Positions 27,230-36,896 of a stretch of 64,000 nucleotides of DNA are shown piece by piece. The notes below the pieces were generated by a model that made no database searches, was not told the origin of the DNA, and saw only the letters and a list, made by a program, of their open reading frames with translations. The stretch comes from Capsulimonadaceae bacterium. Lineage in GTDB: Bacteria; Armatimonadota; Armatimonadia; Armatimonadales; Capsulimonadaceae. The stretch is taken from contig OZ244065.1 of NCBI GenBank assembly GCA_965215505.1, forward strand, positions 5,280,001 through 5,344,000, given 5' to 3'. A program made the translations under genes and the position numbers. Within the stretch, counting starts at the first letter, position 1. Every line of letters starts with the position of its first letter.

Positions 27230-29023
27230 TCACTCATGGAACCGGACGTACCCCGTCTCCTCGCCCTGCGCGCGCATCCGCACCAGCTTGGCCGACGTGT
27301 GACGCATCCCGTGACCGTCCGCCCAGGACTGGAGCCGCGCCATCATCTGCCCCAGCGTCTCGCTCGGCCCGTGCAGTTTCGGCAGGACTTTCTGCGTCAC
27401 CTGCAAGTCCAGTGCCAGCAGGAAATTCGCTTCAGGCTCCGACAGCAGCAGCCCCGCGCCCGTCTCCCCGTCGAAGCCGTTGGCGAGGAACATCAGCACG
27501 TCGTCGCGGACCCGGTAGGCGAAGTGCAGGCGGTGCGCGTAGAGAGTCTCGTTGATCGCCTGGAGCGCGGCCAGGGCGCGGTCGGGAAACGCGGCGTCGA
27601 GCCGCGACAGCCGCTCCCGTGCCCGGCTCACGCTCGCCACGCGCGCGTTCAGGAAAAGCACCTGCCGGGCCGCAGGCGATGCCCCCAGGTCCTCGTCAAG
27701 CCGCGCGGACCCCTTGCCGCCGATCACCCCGTCCAGCACAGGCGGCTCGTCGAAGTCAAGCGTGTTCGCCCGGTCCAGAACTTTACGGGAGAAGCCGTGC
27801 GTCGTTTCGTCCACGTTCACCGTCCCCGTCACGAACAGGTTGGGCGGCAGGACGAGGTCCGGCACGTCCTCGTGCAGTGGGATTCGGTGCCCGCGCGACT
27901 CCAGGGCCGACAGGTAATCCGCCAGATAGTGTTCGACGCGCGCCAGGTTCATCTCGTCCAGGCAGACGAAATACGCCCGCTGCCGGTTCTCGGGCAGCGC
28001 GGCCCGACGGGCGATTTCCAGGAACGGAGTGGAGACGTAGCGGTTCGCGAGCAGGTTGTGGTAGCCGAACAGCGCCGCCGAGTCGTTCCAGTCGGGACGG
28101 ACGGGCAGAAGCCGGAACTGCCCGGCGTGGTGCCCCGTCATCGCCTCCGCGAACAATTCGGCCAGCCTCGTCTTGCCGGTCCCCGAGACGCCCGAGAGGA
28201 TGGCGAACGGCTTCGTCTTGAGCGCGACATAGTACGACCGCAGGCGGTAAGCCGGGAAGGTGAAGCCCTGCCCGAGCGCGTACTCTTCCAGGGCCGCAAG
28301 CAGCGTCGTCTCGGTCAGCGTGGCCAGAACGCCCTCGCCATACCCCGCGCCCGGCTCCCGCACCCGCGCGGCGATAGGCGGCGCAGTCACGGCAGGGACG
28401 TCGGCCCGCAGCCCGGCGTCCACTTCGGGATAGGTCGCCAGCCCCAGCGCCTCGCGGATCTGCTCGTACACGACGAACAGGGCCAGCAGGTTTTGTGCCG
28501 CATCCGGGGAACCCGTTTCGGGCAGGGCAAACCCGTACCGTTCGGCGGCCTCCGCCAGCGCCTCACGCCGCTGCTCGGCGGTCAGCCCGAGGCGGCGCAA
28601 GGCGGGGCGCGTGACAAGGGGGTAGGTGTCGGGGGCGAAGGCGCAGAGCAGGGCGGAGGCCGTCTGTGTCCCCGTGCCGCGCACGCTGAGGAAGGCGCGC
28701 AGGCGGTCCAGGAGAGTTTCTGTGCCGAACAGCAGGCGGCGCAGGCGGTCGTCAAACCCGTTCGGGTCATTCGCATAGAGCCGCCGGGAGAGGTTGGTGT
28801 TCGGGGCGAGTTCCGAGGCCGCCCGCAGCAGCCGCGCCCGCTCCTCCTCGGTCAGCAGACGGCCCGCCTTTAGCCCGCTCCCGGAGAGCGCCGCGCCGAA
28901 GGCGAGCGCCGCCCGCGACTGCGCCTCGCGCCGCCTCCAGAAATCAAAGCGTCGCTCCCCTTCGTCCTGGCCGGCGCGGATCGCCGCCAGCCGGGCGCGC
29001 TGGGTATCGTTGAGGGTGAACAT
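27230..29023 (-). CDS. McrB-like AAA+ GTPase
   Basis: GVSGTGKT, VRPDWND, LDEMNLARVEHY, TVNVDETT, KVLDRAN, QKVLPK. Confidence 0.88.
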   Translation of the reverse strand: MFTLNDTQRARLAAIRAGQDEGERRFDFWRRREAQSRAALAFGAALSGSGLKAGRLLTEEERARLLRAASELAPNTNLSRRLYANDPNGFDDRLRRLLFGTETLLDRLRAFLSVRGTGTQTASALLCAFAPDTYPLVTRPALRRLGLTAEQRREALAEAAERYGFALPETGSPDAAQNLLALFVVYEQIREALGLATYPEVDAGLRADVPAVTAPPIAARVREPGAGYGEGVLATLTETTLLAALEEYALGQGFTFPAYRLRSYYVALKTKPFAILSGVSGTGKTRLAELFAEAMTGHHAGQFRLLPVRPDWNDSAALFGYHNLLANRYVSTPFLEIARRAALPENRQRAYFVCLDEMNLARVEHYLADYLSALESRGHRIPLHEDVPDLVLPPNLFVTGTVNVDETTHGFSRKVLDRANTLDFDEPPVLDGVIGGKGSARLDEDLGASPAARQVLFLNARVASVSRARERLSRLDAAFPDRALAALQAINETLYAHRLHFAYRVRDDVLMFLANGFDGETGAGLLLSEPEANFLLALDLQVTQKVLPKLHGPSETLGQMMARLQSWADGHGMRHTSAKLVRMRAQGEETGYVRFHE

Positions 29024-29080
29024 GATGCCATCTGCCGATTGTTGAGGCTTACTGGCATCTATTATACCCCAAGCAGCCTC

Positions 29081-29719
29081 TTAATCGGCGCGGTGGCCTG
29101 TCACCACATACAGCGGGTCGGACCGGCCCGGACGCGGGCTGATGTCCGCCCCCTCGACCTGATCCCATCCCCCGCTCTGCTCGAAATACAGCCCGACGAG
29201 GGCGATGTGCTGGCTGTCGTCGGTCCCCAGCCAGAGCCGTGTCGCCTTGGTCGGGAAGCAGCGGTTGGAGAACGAGACGATGAACTGCCCGCCGGGCCGC
29301 AGGACGCGCCGGACCTCGGTGAACACCTCGACCGGATGCAGCAAATACTGGACGCTGACCGTGCAAAGCGCCACGTCAAACGACTCGTCCGCATAGGGGA
29401 GGGTGGGGTCATCGTTCAGGCTGTGGACGACATGGTCCGTGAGCTGCGCGTTCGCCGCCATCTCCGCCCCGTTCATGCCCAGCCCGACCACATGGTGGCA
29501 CCGGGCGCGGACGTCCGGCGGCAGGTGCGTCAGATACGCCGACATCAGATCCAGCACGTCCGCGCCGTCCGGCACGCGCGGGCGGAAGAACTCGCCTAGG
29601 GCGGCGATCGCCGCGTCATCAATGTGCGCCACCAGGCGCGGCGACTGGTAAAATTGGAAGTCCGAGGACTCGTCCTGCCGCCGGAAATACTGGTCGGGGA
29701 TGTTCTCTACGCGCATCAC
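29081..29719 (-). CDS. Class I SAM-dependent methyltransferase
   Basis: FYQSPRLVAHID, VLDLMS, SVQYL, SFSNRCFPTKA. Confidence 0.9.
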   Translation of the reverse strand: MMRVENIPDQYFRRQDESSDFQFYQSPRLVAHIDDAAIAALGEFFRPRVPDGADVLDLMSAYLTHLPPDVRARCHHVVGLGMNGAEMAANAQLTDHVVHSLNDDPTLPYADESFDVALCTVSVQYLLHPVEVFTEVRRVLRPGGQFIVSFSNRCFPTKATRLWLGTDDSQHIALVGLYFEQSGGWDQVEGADISPRPGRSDPLYVVTGHRAD

Positions 29720-29741
29720 AGGATGCTTTCTAATGTCTGCC

Positions 29742-30365
29742 CTAATCGCAGCGGTCTAGCTGCAAGCACTCGATGAAGAAGGCCGCCAGCCGCTGGTGGC
29801 CCTCGTCGTTCAGATGCGCCTCGTCGGCGGAGAGGGCAGCGAAGTTCCGGGCGTCAATACCCGAGTTCTCCCAGGCGTCGGCCAGCTTCAGCCCGTACCG
29901 GTCGGCCAGGTGCCGCACCACGCCGTTGTAGTCTTCCAGGACCAGCCCCAGCGCGTTAGGCGTCTCGGCGTCCGCCCGGTAGACCAGCGTACTCAGGGCG
30001 ACCTGCGCGTCCGGCAGGTTCTCGATCAGCCCGCGCAGGACCGTGTCATAGTCCCACAGGAACGTCCCCTGCCGGAACTGGCCCGCCTCACCCAGCGGCT
30101 TGCCGGCAGCGAAGTCGTTGGCCCCGTACAAAATGACCACGAGGCTCGGGGCCGCATGAAGCACGTCCGGGACGCGCCCGATGCCGCTCTCCTCGTCCAC
30201 AATCATGCCCCTGTCGTCCCGCCCGGTCATGCATGTCCCGCCAATACCGAGGTTGATCTCTTCCCACCCCAACGCCTGGCAGATCAATGTGCTGAACCGC
30301 TTGTCAGGCGAAGAAGCCCCGTCCCCCTGCACCGTGGACGCCCCAAAAAACACCGCTTTAGTCAT
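29742..30365 (-). CDS. SGNH/GDSL hydrolase
   Basis: FFGAST, GAND, DEAHLNDEGH. Confidence 0.88.
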   Translation of the reverse strand: MTKAVFFGASTVQGDGASSPDKRFSTLICQALGWEEINLGIGGTCMTGRDDRGMIVDEESGIGRVPDVLHAAPSLVVILYGANDFAAGKPLGEAGQFRQGTFLWDYDTVLRGLIENLPDAQVALSTLVYRADAETPNALGLVLEDYNGVVRHLADRYGLKLADAWENSGIDARNFAALSADEAHLNDEGHQRLAAFFIECLQLDRCD

Positions 30366-30393
30366 TGCCGATTATCCCCGCTCCGGCGGGAAC

Positions 30394-30780
30394 TCAACCC
30401 GTCGCCAGCGCCTGGATCAGCTCCACCCGGTTGCCGAACGGGTCCCGGAACTCGAACCGTGTATAGCCCGGAATGGGGACGCCTTCCAAAGCCGCGATTC
30501 CCTCCCGCCCCAGCCGCTCGCGCCATGCCTCTAGATCATCCACCAGATAAGCCAGGTGCGCCTTCGTCGCCGCCCGCTCCACCCCGTCCTCCACCCCGAC
30601 ATGCACCTGCTGCCCGCCCACCTCCACCCAGAAGCCGCCGCGCGCCGCCAGTGACTCGGGCTTCGGCGTCTCAGCCAGCCCCAGCACGCCGCAGTAAAAC
30701 CGCCGCGCGTCTTCCTCCGCGCCCGTCGGGATGGTGATCTGCGCGTGGTGCAGGCCGAGTATCATAGGGCTGTTCCTCAC
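30394..30780 (-). CDS. VOC/glyoxalase family protein
   Basis: LHHAQI, FYCGVLGL, RDPFGNRVE. Confidence 0.9.
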   Translation of the reverse strand: MRNSPMILGLHHAQITIPTGAEEDARRFYCGVLGLAETPKPESLAARGGFWVEVGGQQVHVGVEDGVERAATKAHLAYLVDDLEAWRERLGREGIAALEGVPIPGYTRFEFRDPFGNRVELIQALATG

Positions 30781-31703
30781 GTCTCTTGTAAATCCACAGA
30801 GTAAAGGCTGTTTGTCGTCACCAAATACAGGCGTGACCCTCTCCCAAAGGCGTTCATAAACCCTATGACCGCGCCATCTTCGGAGACAGCCTGACGTTCT
30901 TCTTTAGCAAGTTCTCCATCCTCCGACTGATAAAGATGCACGACGAATAGCTTGTCTCTTTGGCCGTAGCCGCCCGTGAACAGTGCGCGATCTTTCCAGA
31001 CAGCAACAGCATCCGCGCCGTGTATCGGGTTGTTGTCCCACCTGCGCCTAATCTGCCCGTTCTGCACCCTGACCAGTGGGAAGTTTGTATAGGGACAGAG
31101 CCATGCTTCCTCATCACCCACAACATTGAGCGCGTAACAGTCCGCAATCATCCACTCATTCGCCGCATTGAAGTTAAACCTTTGGACACCCTTATCGTCA
31201 AAGACAGCAAGGCCGGCGCTGCCGAGCGCCGCATCTGCATTGCCGAAGACGCCCTCATCGAAATAGCTCACCCATATTTGGCCGCTTGACGTTGTCTGAA
31301 CGTCCTTGATGCCGTCCCCCAGAGGCATCGTGTGGAGCAGTTTCCCCTCCGCTGAGTAGATGTGGCCGTTAGCATTCAGGTCGCCATCCGCCCGCGTCCG
31401 CACGAGGAGCCATCTGCCTTCTGGGAGGGGTTGGGCACGGTAGAAGTCGTCATGCGCTTCGGCAATGTCTACGACCTCCCAGCCGGTTTCAACTTCATGG
31501 TAGATACGCGAACGGGTAGGCCGGCGCGTGACCCCTCCGGCAGACTTGGGGACTCTCTCACGCACCCGCTGATAGTAGGGCTTCTGTTCCATCGCCACGA
31601 TGATCGCCCCGCCCGATGGCCCTACCGAGACGGCGACCCTATGCCAGTCTGAGACGATGGAGGTGAAATCTACGATGTGACGCGCGGCAAGAGGTTGGAT
31701 CAT
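30777..31703 (-). CDS. Hypothetical protein (possibly beta-propeller-like)
   Basis: LGDGI, IWVSYFDEGVFG, IADCYALNV; less GC-rich than neighbours. Confidence 0.7.
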   Translation of the reverse strand: MIQPLAARHIVDFTSIVSDWHRVAVSVGPSGGAIIVAMEQKPYYQRVRERVPKSAGGVTRRPTRSRIYHEVETGWEVVDIAEAHDDFYRAQPLPEGRWLLVRTRADGDLNANGHIYSAEGKLLHTMPLGDGIKDVQTTSSGQIWVSYFDEGVFGNADAALGSAGLAVFDDKGVQRFNFNAANEWMIADCYALNVVGDEEAWLCPYTNFPLVRVQNGQIRRRWDNNPIHGADAVAVWKDRALFTGGYGQRDKLFVVHLYQSEDGELAKEERQAVSEDGAVIGFMNAFGRGSRLYLVTTNSLYSVDLQET

Positions 31704-31711
31704 TCAGGGCC

Positions 31712-32416
31712 TCACCGCTCAACATCGCCCCGATGCCACCGAAGGCCCCCTGGCAGCGGCTCGGCGGCGTACTCCAAATGGATGACGCGCCGGTGGCGTG
31801 GCGACTGCGAGGCCGACGACGCATGGAGCAGCAGGGGGCGCATCAGTAGCGCCCCGCCGCTCGGGACGGGGCAGGGGACGCTCGCCGTCTGCGTCCGCCG
31901 CTGCTGGATTTCCGCCGCCGTCAGCCTGCCGCCTAGATGAGAACCCGGCAGGACCAGCAGCGGGCCATTCGTCTCGTCGCAGTCGTCCAGGTGCAGGCGC
32001 ACCGTCAGCATCCCTTCCAAAACCTGCGCCGGCGGCTGGACATGGACCACCCTGGCCTTCTCCGACCACGGCCCGAAGCCTTCCACGTCCCGGCGCTCGC
32101 GGACCGCGATGGACAGGTCTTGATGCCACACCACGTTCCAGTTCGCCTCCGGCGTCTTGTCGAACAGGATGCCGCGCACCGGAAAACAGCCCAGCCCCAG
32201 GACGGGGGCGACAAGCGCGTACACTTCGGGCGCGTCCGCCAAAGCCGCCACTTCCGGCACGTCTTCCAGCAAGTTGCGAAGGGCATAGACGCTCCCCCGC
32301 CGCTGCGAACCCGCCCCGTCGTTCGCCCTACCAACGGCGGCAATCAGCGCGGCGACTTTAGCGTCGTCCAAGACCTCCGGCACGACGGCAAAGCCGTCGC
32401 ATCCCAACCTTTCCAT
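31712..32416 (-). CDS. Phytanoyl-CoA dioxygenase (PhyH) family protein
   Basis: WHQD...LLHASS facial triad; NGPLLVLPGSH. Confidence 0.9.
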   Translation of the reverse strand: MERLGCDGFAVVPEVLDDAKVAALIAAVGRANDGAGSQRRGSVYALRNLLEDVPEVAALADAPEVYALVAPVLGLGCFPVRGILFDKTPEANWNVVWHQDLSIAVRERRDVEGFGPWSEKARVVHVQPPAQVLEGMLTVRLHLDDCDETNGPLLVLPGSHLGGRLTAAEIQQRRTQTASVPCPVPSGGALLMRPLLLHASSASQSPRHRRVIHLEYAAEPLPGGLRWHRGDVER

Positions 32417-32538
32417 TACTGGTCCGCTTCCCTCCGTTGTGGTTTTGCCCCTGCGCCCCCTTCTGATGCCCGCGAAGGCGGGGATTTGCACTACTGAAGC
32501 ACGGGGGTTCAGTCCCGTGTTCCGAGCCGGGGAGCGCC

Positions 32539-32748
32539 CTAATCGCTTCTTGTGCGCTTCTGCCGGATCTCCGCTACCGCTTGCTCGAATGGGATGAACT
32601 CCTCTTCGGATGCTTTCGCCTCATCGTAGGCTCGAATGTCGTCAAGTTCTTCCAGGGCATCAAGCATCTCCTCGAACTGCTTCAACCCGAGAAGAACGCC
32701 GACACGGTTGCCCTCTCGGTCGGTCACATACTGCTGGTGTAGGGCCAT
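32539..32748 (-). CDS. Small antitoxin-like protein
   Basis: QYVTDREGNRVGVLL..EELDDIRAYDEAK..IPFEQAV. Confidence 0.65.
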   Translation of the reverse strand: MALHQQYVTDREGNRVGVLLGLKQFEEMLDALEELDDIRAYDEAKASEEEFIPFEQAVAEIRQKRTRSD

Positions 32749-32770
32749 CACATCTGCTTCCCTCTCAGGG

Positions 32771-33111
32771 CTACCCTCTATAGCCATCGAACTCCCACAG
32801 CAGTTCCTTGTTGAGCCGCCCGGCGGTTTCCTGCCAGGATGGGCCGGCACACTGCGCCAGTACCTCGACAGGGCTTGCTCTACTTCCTCCCATGTGAACT
32901 CCGGCAGCAGCAGATAACCACGCCCCCAATGCCTTCCGCGACATCTGGCGACGGCTTCCGGGGTGACGACCGTGAAGCCGAAAATGTCTGCGCCTTCCGT
33001 GTCACTGGGGCCAATTTCTGCCTCTAAGAAAACCAAGCAGTTCTTGGGGTTCGGTGGCAGTGTTCCAGGCTCCAAATCCGGGCTTGTGAGCCGCTTCAAC
33101 TCAGGAAACAC
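32771..33111 (-). pseudogene. Imm8-like immunity protein, frameshifted
   Basis: IGP..GADIF.FTVVTP in one frame; CAGPSWQETAGRLNKELLWEFDGY in another; shift near 32862. Confidence 0.65.
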
Positions 33112-33132
33112 GGCGATAACCCCTCCCGACCC

Positions 33133-34593
33133 TCACCCCCCAAACTCCCCCGGAGGCCGCTGCCGGTGCCAGTCCGTCAGTTTCTGGTAGGCGATCCCAA
33201 GCGACAGCAGCGTCGTCTCCTCATACGCCGCGCCCACAAACTGAAGCCCCAGCGGCAGGTGCCCCGGCCCGAACCCCATCGGGACACACAGCGCGGGCAG
33301 GCCGCACAGGTTGCCCATGCCGCTCAACCCCTGGTCGCTGCCGGCGAAGTAGTCGTCCAGCGAAACCGAGAGCGGCGGGGCCACCTGGAGATACCCCGGC
33401 GCGACTAGCGCGTCGTACCCGGCGAAGAACTTTGCCATCGCCTGCTGGGCCGCCGTGCGGATACGCAGGCTCCGGACATAGTCCACGCCGGGGATGACCA
33501 GCCCCGCCAGAAGGCCGGCCTGCTGCTCCTCGTCCACCAGCGTCGCCAGACGCGCCTTGTCCCGGATGACCGCCTCGAAGGCCGCCGCACCCTCCACGCT
33601 GATGATCGTCCCCGCCGCCTCGCTCATCGGGATGTTGGGGAGCGTGACGTCCGTGAGGATCGCGCCCAAGCCCGTCAGAATGCCCAGAGCGCCTTCAAAG
33701 GCCGTCTCGGTTTCTGGCTGCGCCTTGTGGCTCTGGTCGCCCTTGCGGTAGTCCGGCCGGACCACCCCGATCTTCATCCCCTTGACCGCCCGCAGCCGGC
33801 CCCGGCGGAACTTGCTGTCGTCCGACGTGGTCGCGTCGCGCGGGTCCGAGCCGGAGATCGCCTCCAGGATCGTGCCGCAGTCCTCGGCGGAACGGGCCAT
33901 CGGCCCGAGCTTGTCCATCGTGTAAGACAGCGCCATCGCCCCGTGCCGGCTGACCCGGCCGAACGTCGGACGCAGGCCGGACACGCCGCAGAAGGACGAC
34001 GGGCAGACGATGCTGCCCCACGTCTCCGACCCGATGGAGAACCCGACCAGACCCGCCGCCGTCGCCGCGCCCGGACCCGAGGACGAGCCGCCCGCCCAGT
34101 GGTCGGGGTTCCAGGGCGTCCGCCCCGCGCCCGTGGACGAGGCCGTCCCGTACCGGTAGCCCCCGCCGCCCGCAAGCTCCACCATGGACAGCTTGCCGAT
34201 CAACACCGCCCCCGCCGCCCGCAGGCGCTCCACGACATCCGCGTCATAGCTGAAGACCTGTCCCTTGTGGGCCGGGCTGCCCCACTCGGTCGGGTCGTTC
34301 GCCGTCGCCAGCAGGTCCTTGACCCCGAACGGGATGCCATGCAGCGGCCCGCCCAGCTTGCCCCCCTGAATTTCCTTGTCCGCCTGGGCGGCCTGCACCA
34401 AGGCCAGCGGGCGTGTCAGATGCGCCAGCGCGCCGAGCTTCGGTCCTAGTTTCTCCAGCCGGTCCAGGTACAACGTCGTCAGGTCCACCGACGACACCTG
34501 TTTCTTGCGGAGGGCCACGCCAAGCTCCGTCACCGTGGCGAAGACCAGGTTCGAGTCGCTCATCTTGGCGATGCCCGTCTGTTTCGTACTCAC
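33133..34593 (-). CDS. Amidase signature family protein
   Basis: LHGIPFGVKDL, GGSSSG, IGSETWGSI. Confidence 0.93.
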   Translation of the reverse strand: MSTKQTGIAKMSDSNLVFATVTELGVALRKKQVSSVDLTTLYLDRLEKLGPKLGALAHLTRPLALVQAAQADKEIQGGKLGGPLHGIPFGVKDLLATANDPTEWGSPAHKGQVFSYDADVVERLRAAGAVLIGKLSMVELAGGGGYRYGTASSTGAGRTPWNPDHWAGGSSSGPGAATAAGLVGFSIGSETWGSIVCPSSFCGVSGLRPTFGRVSRHGAMALSYTMDKLGPMARSAEDCGTILEAISGSDPRDATTSDDSKFRRGRLRAVKGMKIGVVRPDYRKGDQSHKAQPETETAFEGALGILTGLGAILTDVTLPNIPMSEAAGTIISVEGAAAFEAVIRDKARLATLVDEEQQAGLLAGLVIPGVDYVRSLRIRTAAQQAMAKFFAGYDALVAPGYLQVAPPLSVSLDDYFAGSDQGLSGMGNLCGLPALCVPMGFGPGHLPLGLQFVGAAYEETTLLSLGIAYQKLTDWHRQRPPGEFGG

Positions 34594-34976
34594 TTGGCTT
34601 CCTCCTTTCGCGGCGGCGCGGCGGCGGCGAAGGCCGGGCCGGTGTCGTCGGGCAGGACATAGGCGCGCGCCTTGGCGAACCCGCCCGGATAGTCCTTAAG
34701 TTGCAGCGCGACCTCCTTCGCCTGGGCGTCCGAAAGTGCATAGCCGGCGTTGACCGGCACGAGTTGGGTCAGCAAATCGCCTTCATTCATGGGTTTCGCA
34801 TCTATGGGTGTCGTCGGGAGGGGTGGGGGGGCGGCGGGAAGCGGGTCAACGGCCTGCGCCGAAGCGGCGGAAGCCAGGCCGGTCGAGAGCAGCGAGGGCA
34901 GGAGCAGCACGCCCGCCGCCCCGGTCAGCGCCTGCCGCGCCAGGTCGCGGCGTGTCAGTGGTTGATTGGTGGTCAT
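34590..34976 (-). CDS. Small Tat-signal protein coupled to amidase
   Basis: LTRRDL, hydrophobic stretch, ASA-QA; stop overlaps amidase start. Confidence 0.75.
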   Translation of the reverse strand: MTTNQPLTRRDLARQALTGAAGVLLLPSLLSTGLASAASAQAVDPLPAAPPPLPTTPIDAKPMNEGDLLTQLVPVNAGYALSDAQAKEVALQLKDYPGGFAKARAYVLPDDTGPAFAAAAPPRKEEAK

Positions 34977-35031
34977 ACGGCGGCAGTTCGACAGTGGCCG
35001 ACAAAAATCCTGCCGGGTTTCGAGGATGGCA

Positions 35032-35691
35032 TCAGTCCGGGGCCAGCGCGAACTCGATGCCGTAAGGCGCTTCAAACCCCGTCCCGAGCGCCCGAGGCTC
35101 CGGCGCGGGCAGCAGGACGGACAGCAGGTGCGGGTCGTCCTTGTCGGCAACCGCCGCGTACTGCGGCGGCCGGACGAACGCGCGCGGCTTCATCGTCAGC
35201 AGGCCGCCCACGAGGCTGGTATGGACACTCCCTGTCACATAGTGGAAGCCGCGCGGGACCTTCAGCCGGAACGAGAACCCCGGTGCCAGGAAGTCCGGGC
35301 GGAAGTGGACAGTGGGTTTGGCCGCGACCGCCGATGTCCCCGGAGGCGGCAGCAGCCGGAGCGTCACCGAATCGCAGGTCAGGTCCGGGGCCTGGAACAC
35401 GGCCTCGGAGCTTAAGAACTTGATGACCATGACCCTCGGCCCGCCGCTCGTCGCGGGCGCATACGTCAGCGTCTCCTGGCTCGCCGTCAGGACCGGCTTG
35501 AACGCCGGCTGGACCAGGCCCTGTGCTGCCGTCAGCCGGTACGTCACCCTGCCGCCGTCCGCGCTGTCCGCCCGGCTCTCCAGCTCGACGTGCCAGCTCC
35601 CCTCTTTGGTGCCGGTCTGAGCCGACGCAGCAGAAACAAACGCCAGGGCGAGCGGCACACAGGTCAGTGCCGACAAGTGAATTCTAATCAT
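35032..35691 (-). CDS. Secreted hypothetical protein
   Basis: Signal peptide ending ASA-Q; overlaps VOC gene stop. Confidence 0.65.
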   Translation of the reverse strand: MIRIHLSALTCVPLALAFVSAASAQTGTKEGSWHVELESRADSADGGRVTYRLTAAQGLVQPAFKPVLTASQETLTYAPATSGGPRVMVIKFLSSEAVFQAPDLTCDSVTLRLLPPPGTSAVAAKPTVHFRPDFLAPGFSFRLKVPRGFHYVTGSVHTSLVGGLLTMKPRAFVRPPQYAAVADKDDPHLLSVLLPAPEPRALGTGFEAPYGIEFALAPD

Positions 35692-36182
35692 CGGAGCAGC
35701 CCTTCCAGATCGAGCCGCCGCGTGTACATCGCCAGGCCCCCATCGGCGGCGCGCGGCCAATCTTCGCGCGGCCTGTCCCAGTACAGTTCCACGCCGTTGT
35801 CGTCCGGATCGCGCAAATACAGCGCCTCGCTGACGCCGTGATCGCTCGCGCCCTCCAGCGGGATGCCCACCGCGATCAGCCGGCGCAGGGCGTCGGCCAG
35901 CGCGGCCCGCGTCGGGTACAGCAGCGCGACATGGTACAGCCCCGTCGCACCCGGCGGCGGCGGGCCGCCCCCCAGGCTCTCCCAGGTGTTCAGGCCGATG
36001 TGGTGGTGGTAGCCGCCCGCCGACAGGAAGGCCGCGCTGTCGCCGAATCGCAGCGTTACCTCCAGCCCTAGAACGCCCTGATAAAAGTCCAGCGCCCGCG
36101 TAAGGTCCGCGACCTTGAGGTGGACATGTCCTATCCGTACCCCTCCGTCAATCGTGTCTTCCGTCTTTTCCATGGCTGTCAT
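35688..36182 (-). CDS. VOC family protein (catechol 2,3-dioxygenase-like)
   Basis: IGHVHLKV, GGYHHHIGLNTW, DHGVSEALYLRDPD. Confidence 0.92.
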   Translation of the reverse strand: MTAMEKTEDTIDGGVRIGHVHLKVADLTRALDFYQGVLGLEVTLRFGDSAAFLSAGGYHHHIGLNTWESLGGGPPPPGATGLYHVALLYPTRAALADALRRLIAVGIPLEGASDHGVSEALYLRDPDDNGVELYWDRPREDWPRAADGGLAMYTRRLDLEGLLR

Positions 36183-36189
36183 TGCCGCC

Positions 36190-36483
36190 TCACGCCCCAT
36201 ACACCGGGCTGGGGATGATCTCCAGAACGTCGCCCGCGTCGGCGCTGGCCAGACGGGCGCGGGCGAAACGGTCCTCCAGCGTCAGGCGCTCCTCGTCGTC
36301 GTCCCACTCCGCCTCCGCCGACTCCACCGCCGCCTGCATCGCCGCGCGCTCGGTGGCATAGGCCGCCGCCGTCAGGCTGCCACCCTGGTAGACCACCAGG
36401 AGGAACACGCCTTCCTCGGCCCGCGCCTTCGGGATGGCCCCCAGGCCGAACCCGGTAAAACCCTGCCGCTCTTCTTTTGCCAT
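36190..36483 (-). CDS. Hypothetical protein
   Basis: TATAAT 6 nt upstream of ATG 36483. Confidence 0.6.
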   Translation of the reverse strand: MAKEERQGFTGFGLGAIPKARAEEGVFLLVVYQGGSLTAAAYATERAAMQAAVESAEAEWDDDEERLTLEDRFARARLASADAGDVLEIIPSPVYGA

Positions 36484-36526
36484 GCCCCGATTATACCCGT
36501 TCGCCCGGTTCGTGGGAGCGATCACA

Positions 36527-36862
36527 TCATGCGGTGGCCTCAGTAAGCTGTGCCTGCTCCTGCCGAGCCTGTGCTGCCGCCCCGGCGCGGGCGACGGCGA
36601 GCCTCATCCCCAACGTATGCAGGATGTCCTCCAGTGTCTTGATGCGCGGATTGCCCTGCTTGGAAAGCGACTTGTACAGACTTTCGCGGCCTCGTTGGCT
36701 CTCCTCGGCCACTTTCTGTATGCCGCCCTGAGCAATGGCGACCGCGCGCAGCGCATACAAAAACTCCTCGATCCGCCGTCTTCTAGTGCCGCTTGCACAT
36801 GGGCGACCGCGAATTCTGCGTCCTGCAACATCTCATGCAGGTGATCCTCAAACCGGCGTAAT
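36527..36862 (-). pseudogene. HI1420-family addiction-module antidote, frameshifted, no clear start
   Basis: FEDHLHEMLQD..AALEDGG then other frame IEEFLYALRAVA.AQGG..RESLYKSLS..GNP. Confidence 0.75.
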
Positions 36863-36896
36863 CTCCTCTCTTACGTCACCCCACAAGTACTGAACG

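Noticed and set aside
25993-33111. Genomic island integrated at tRNA-Thr
   Set aside because: No integrase and no tRNA 3' duplication found by eye; mostly host-like GC
33133-34593. gatA assignment
   Set aside because: No gatB; ETWGSI rather than DTGGSIR; partner has a Tat signal
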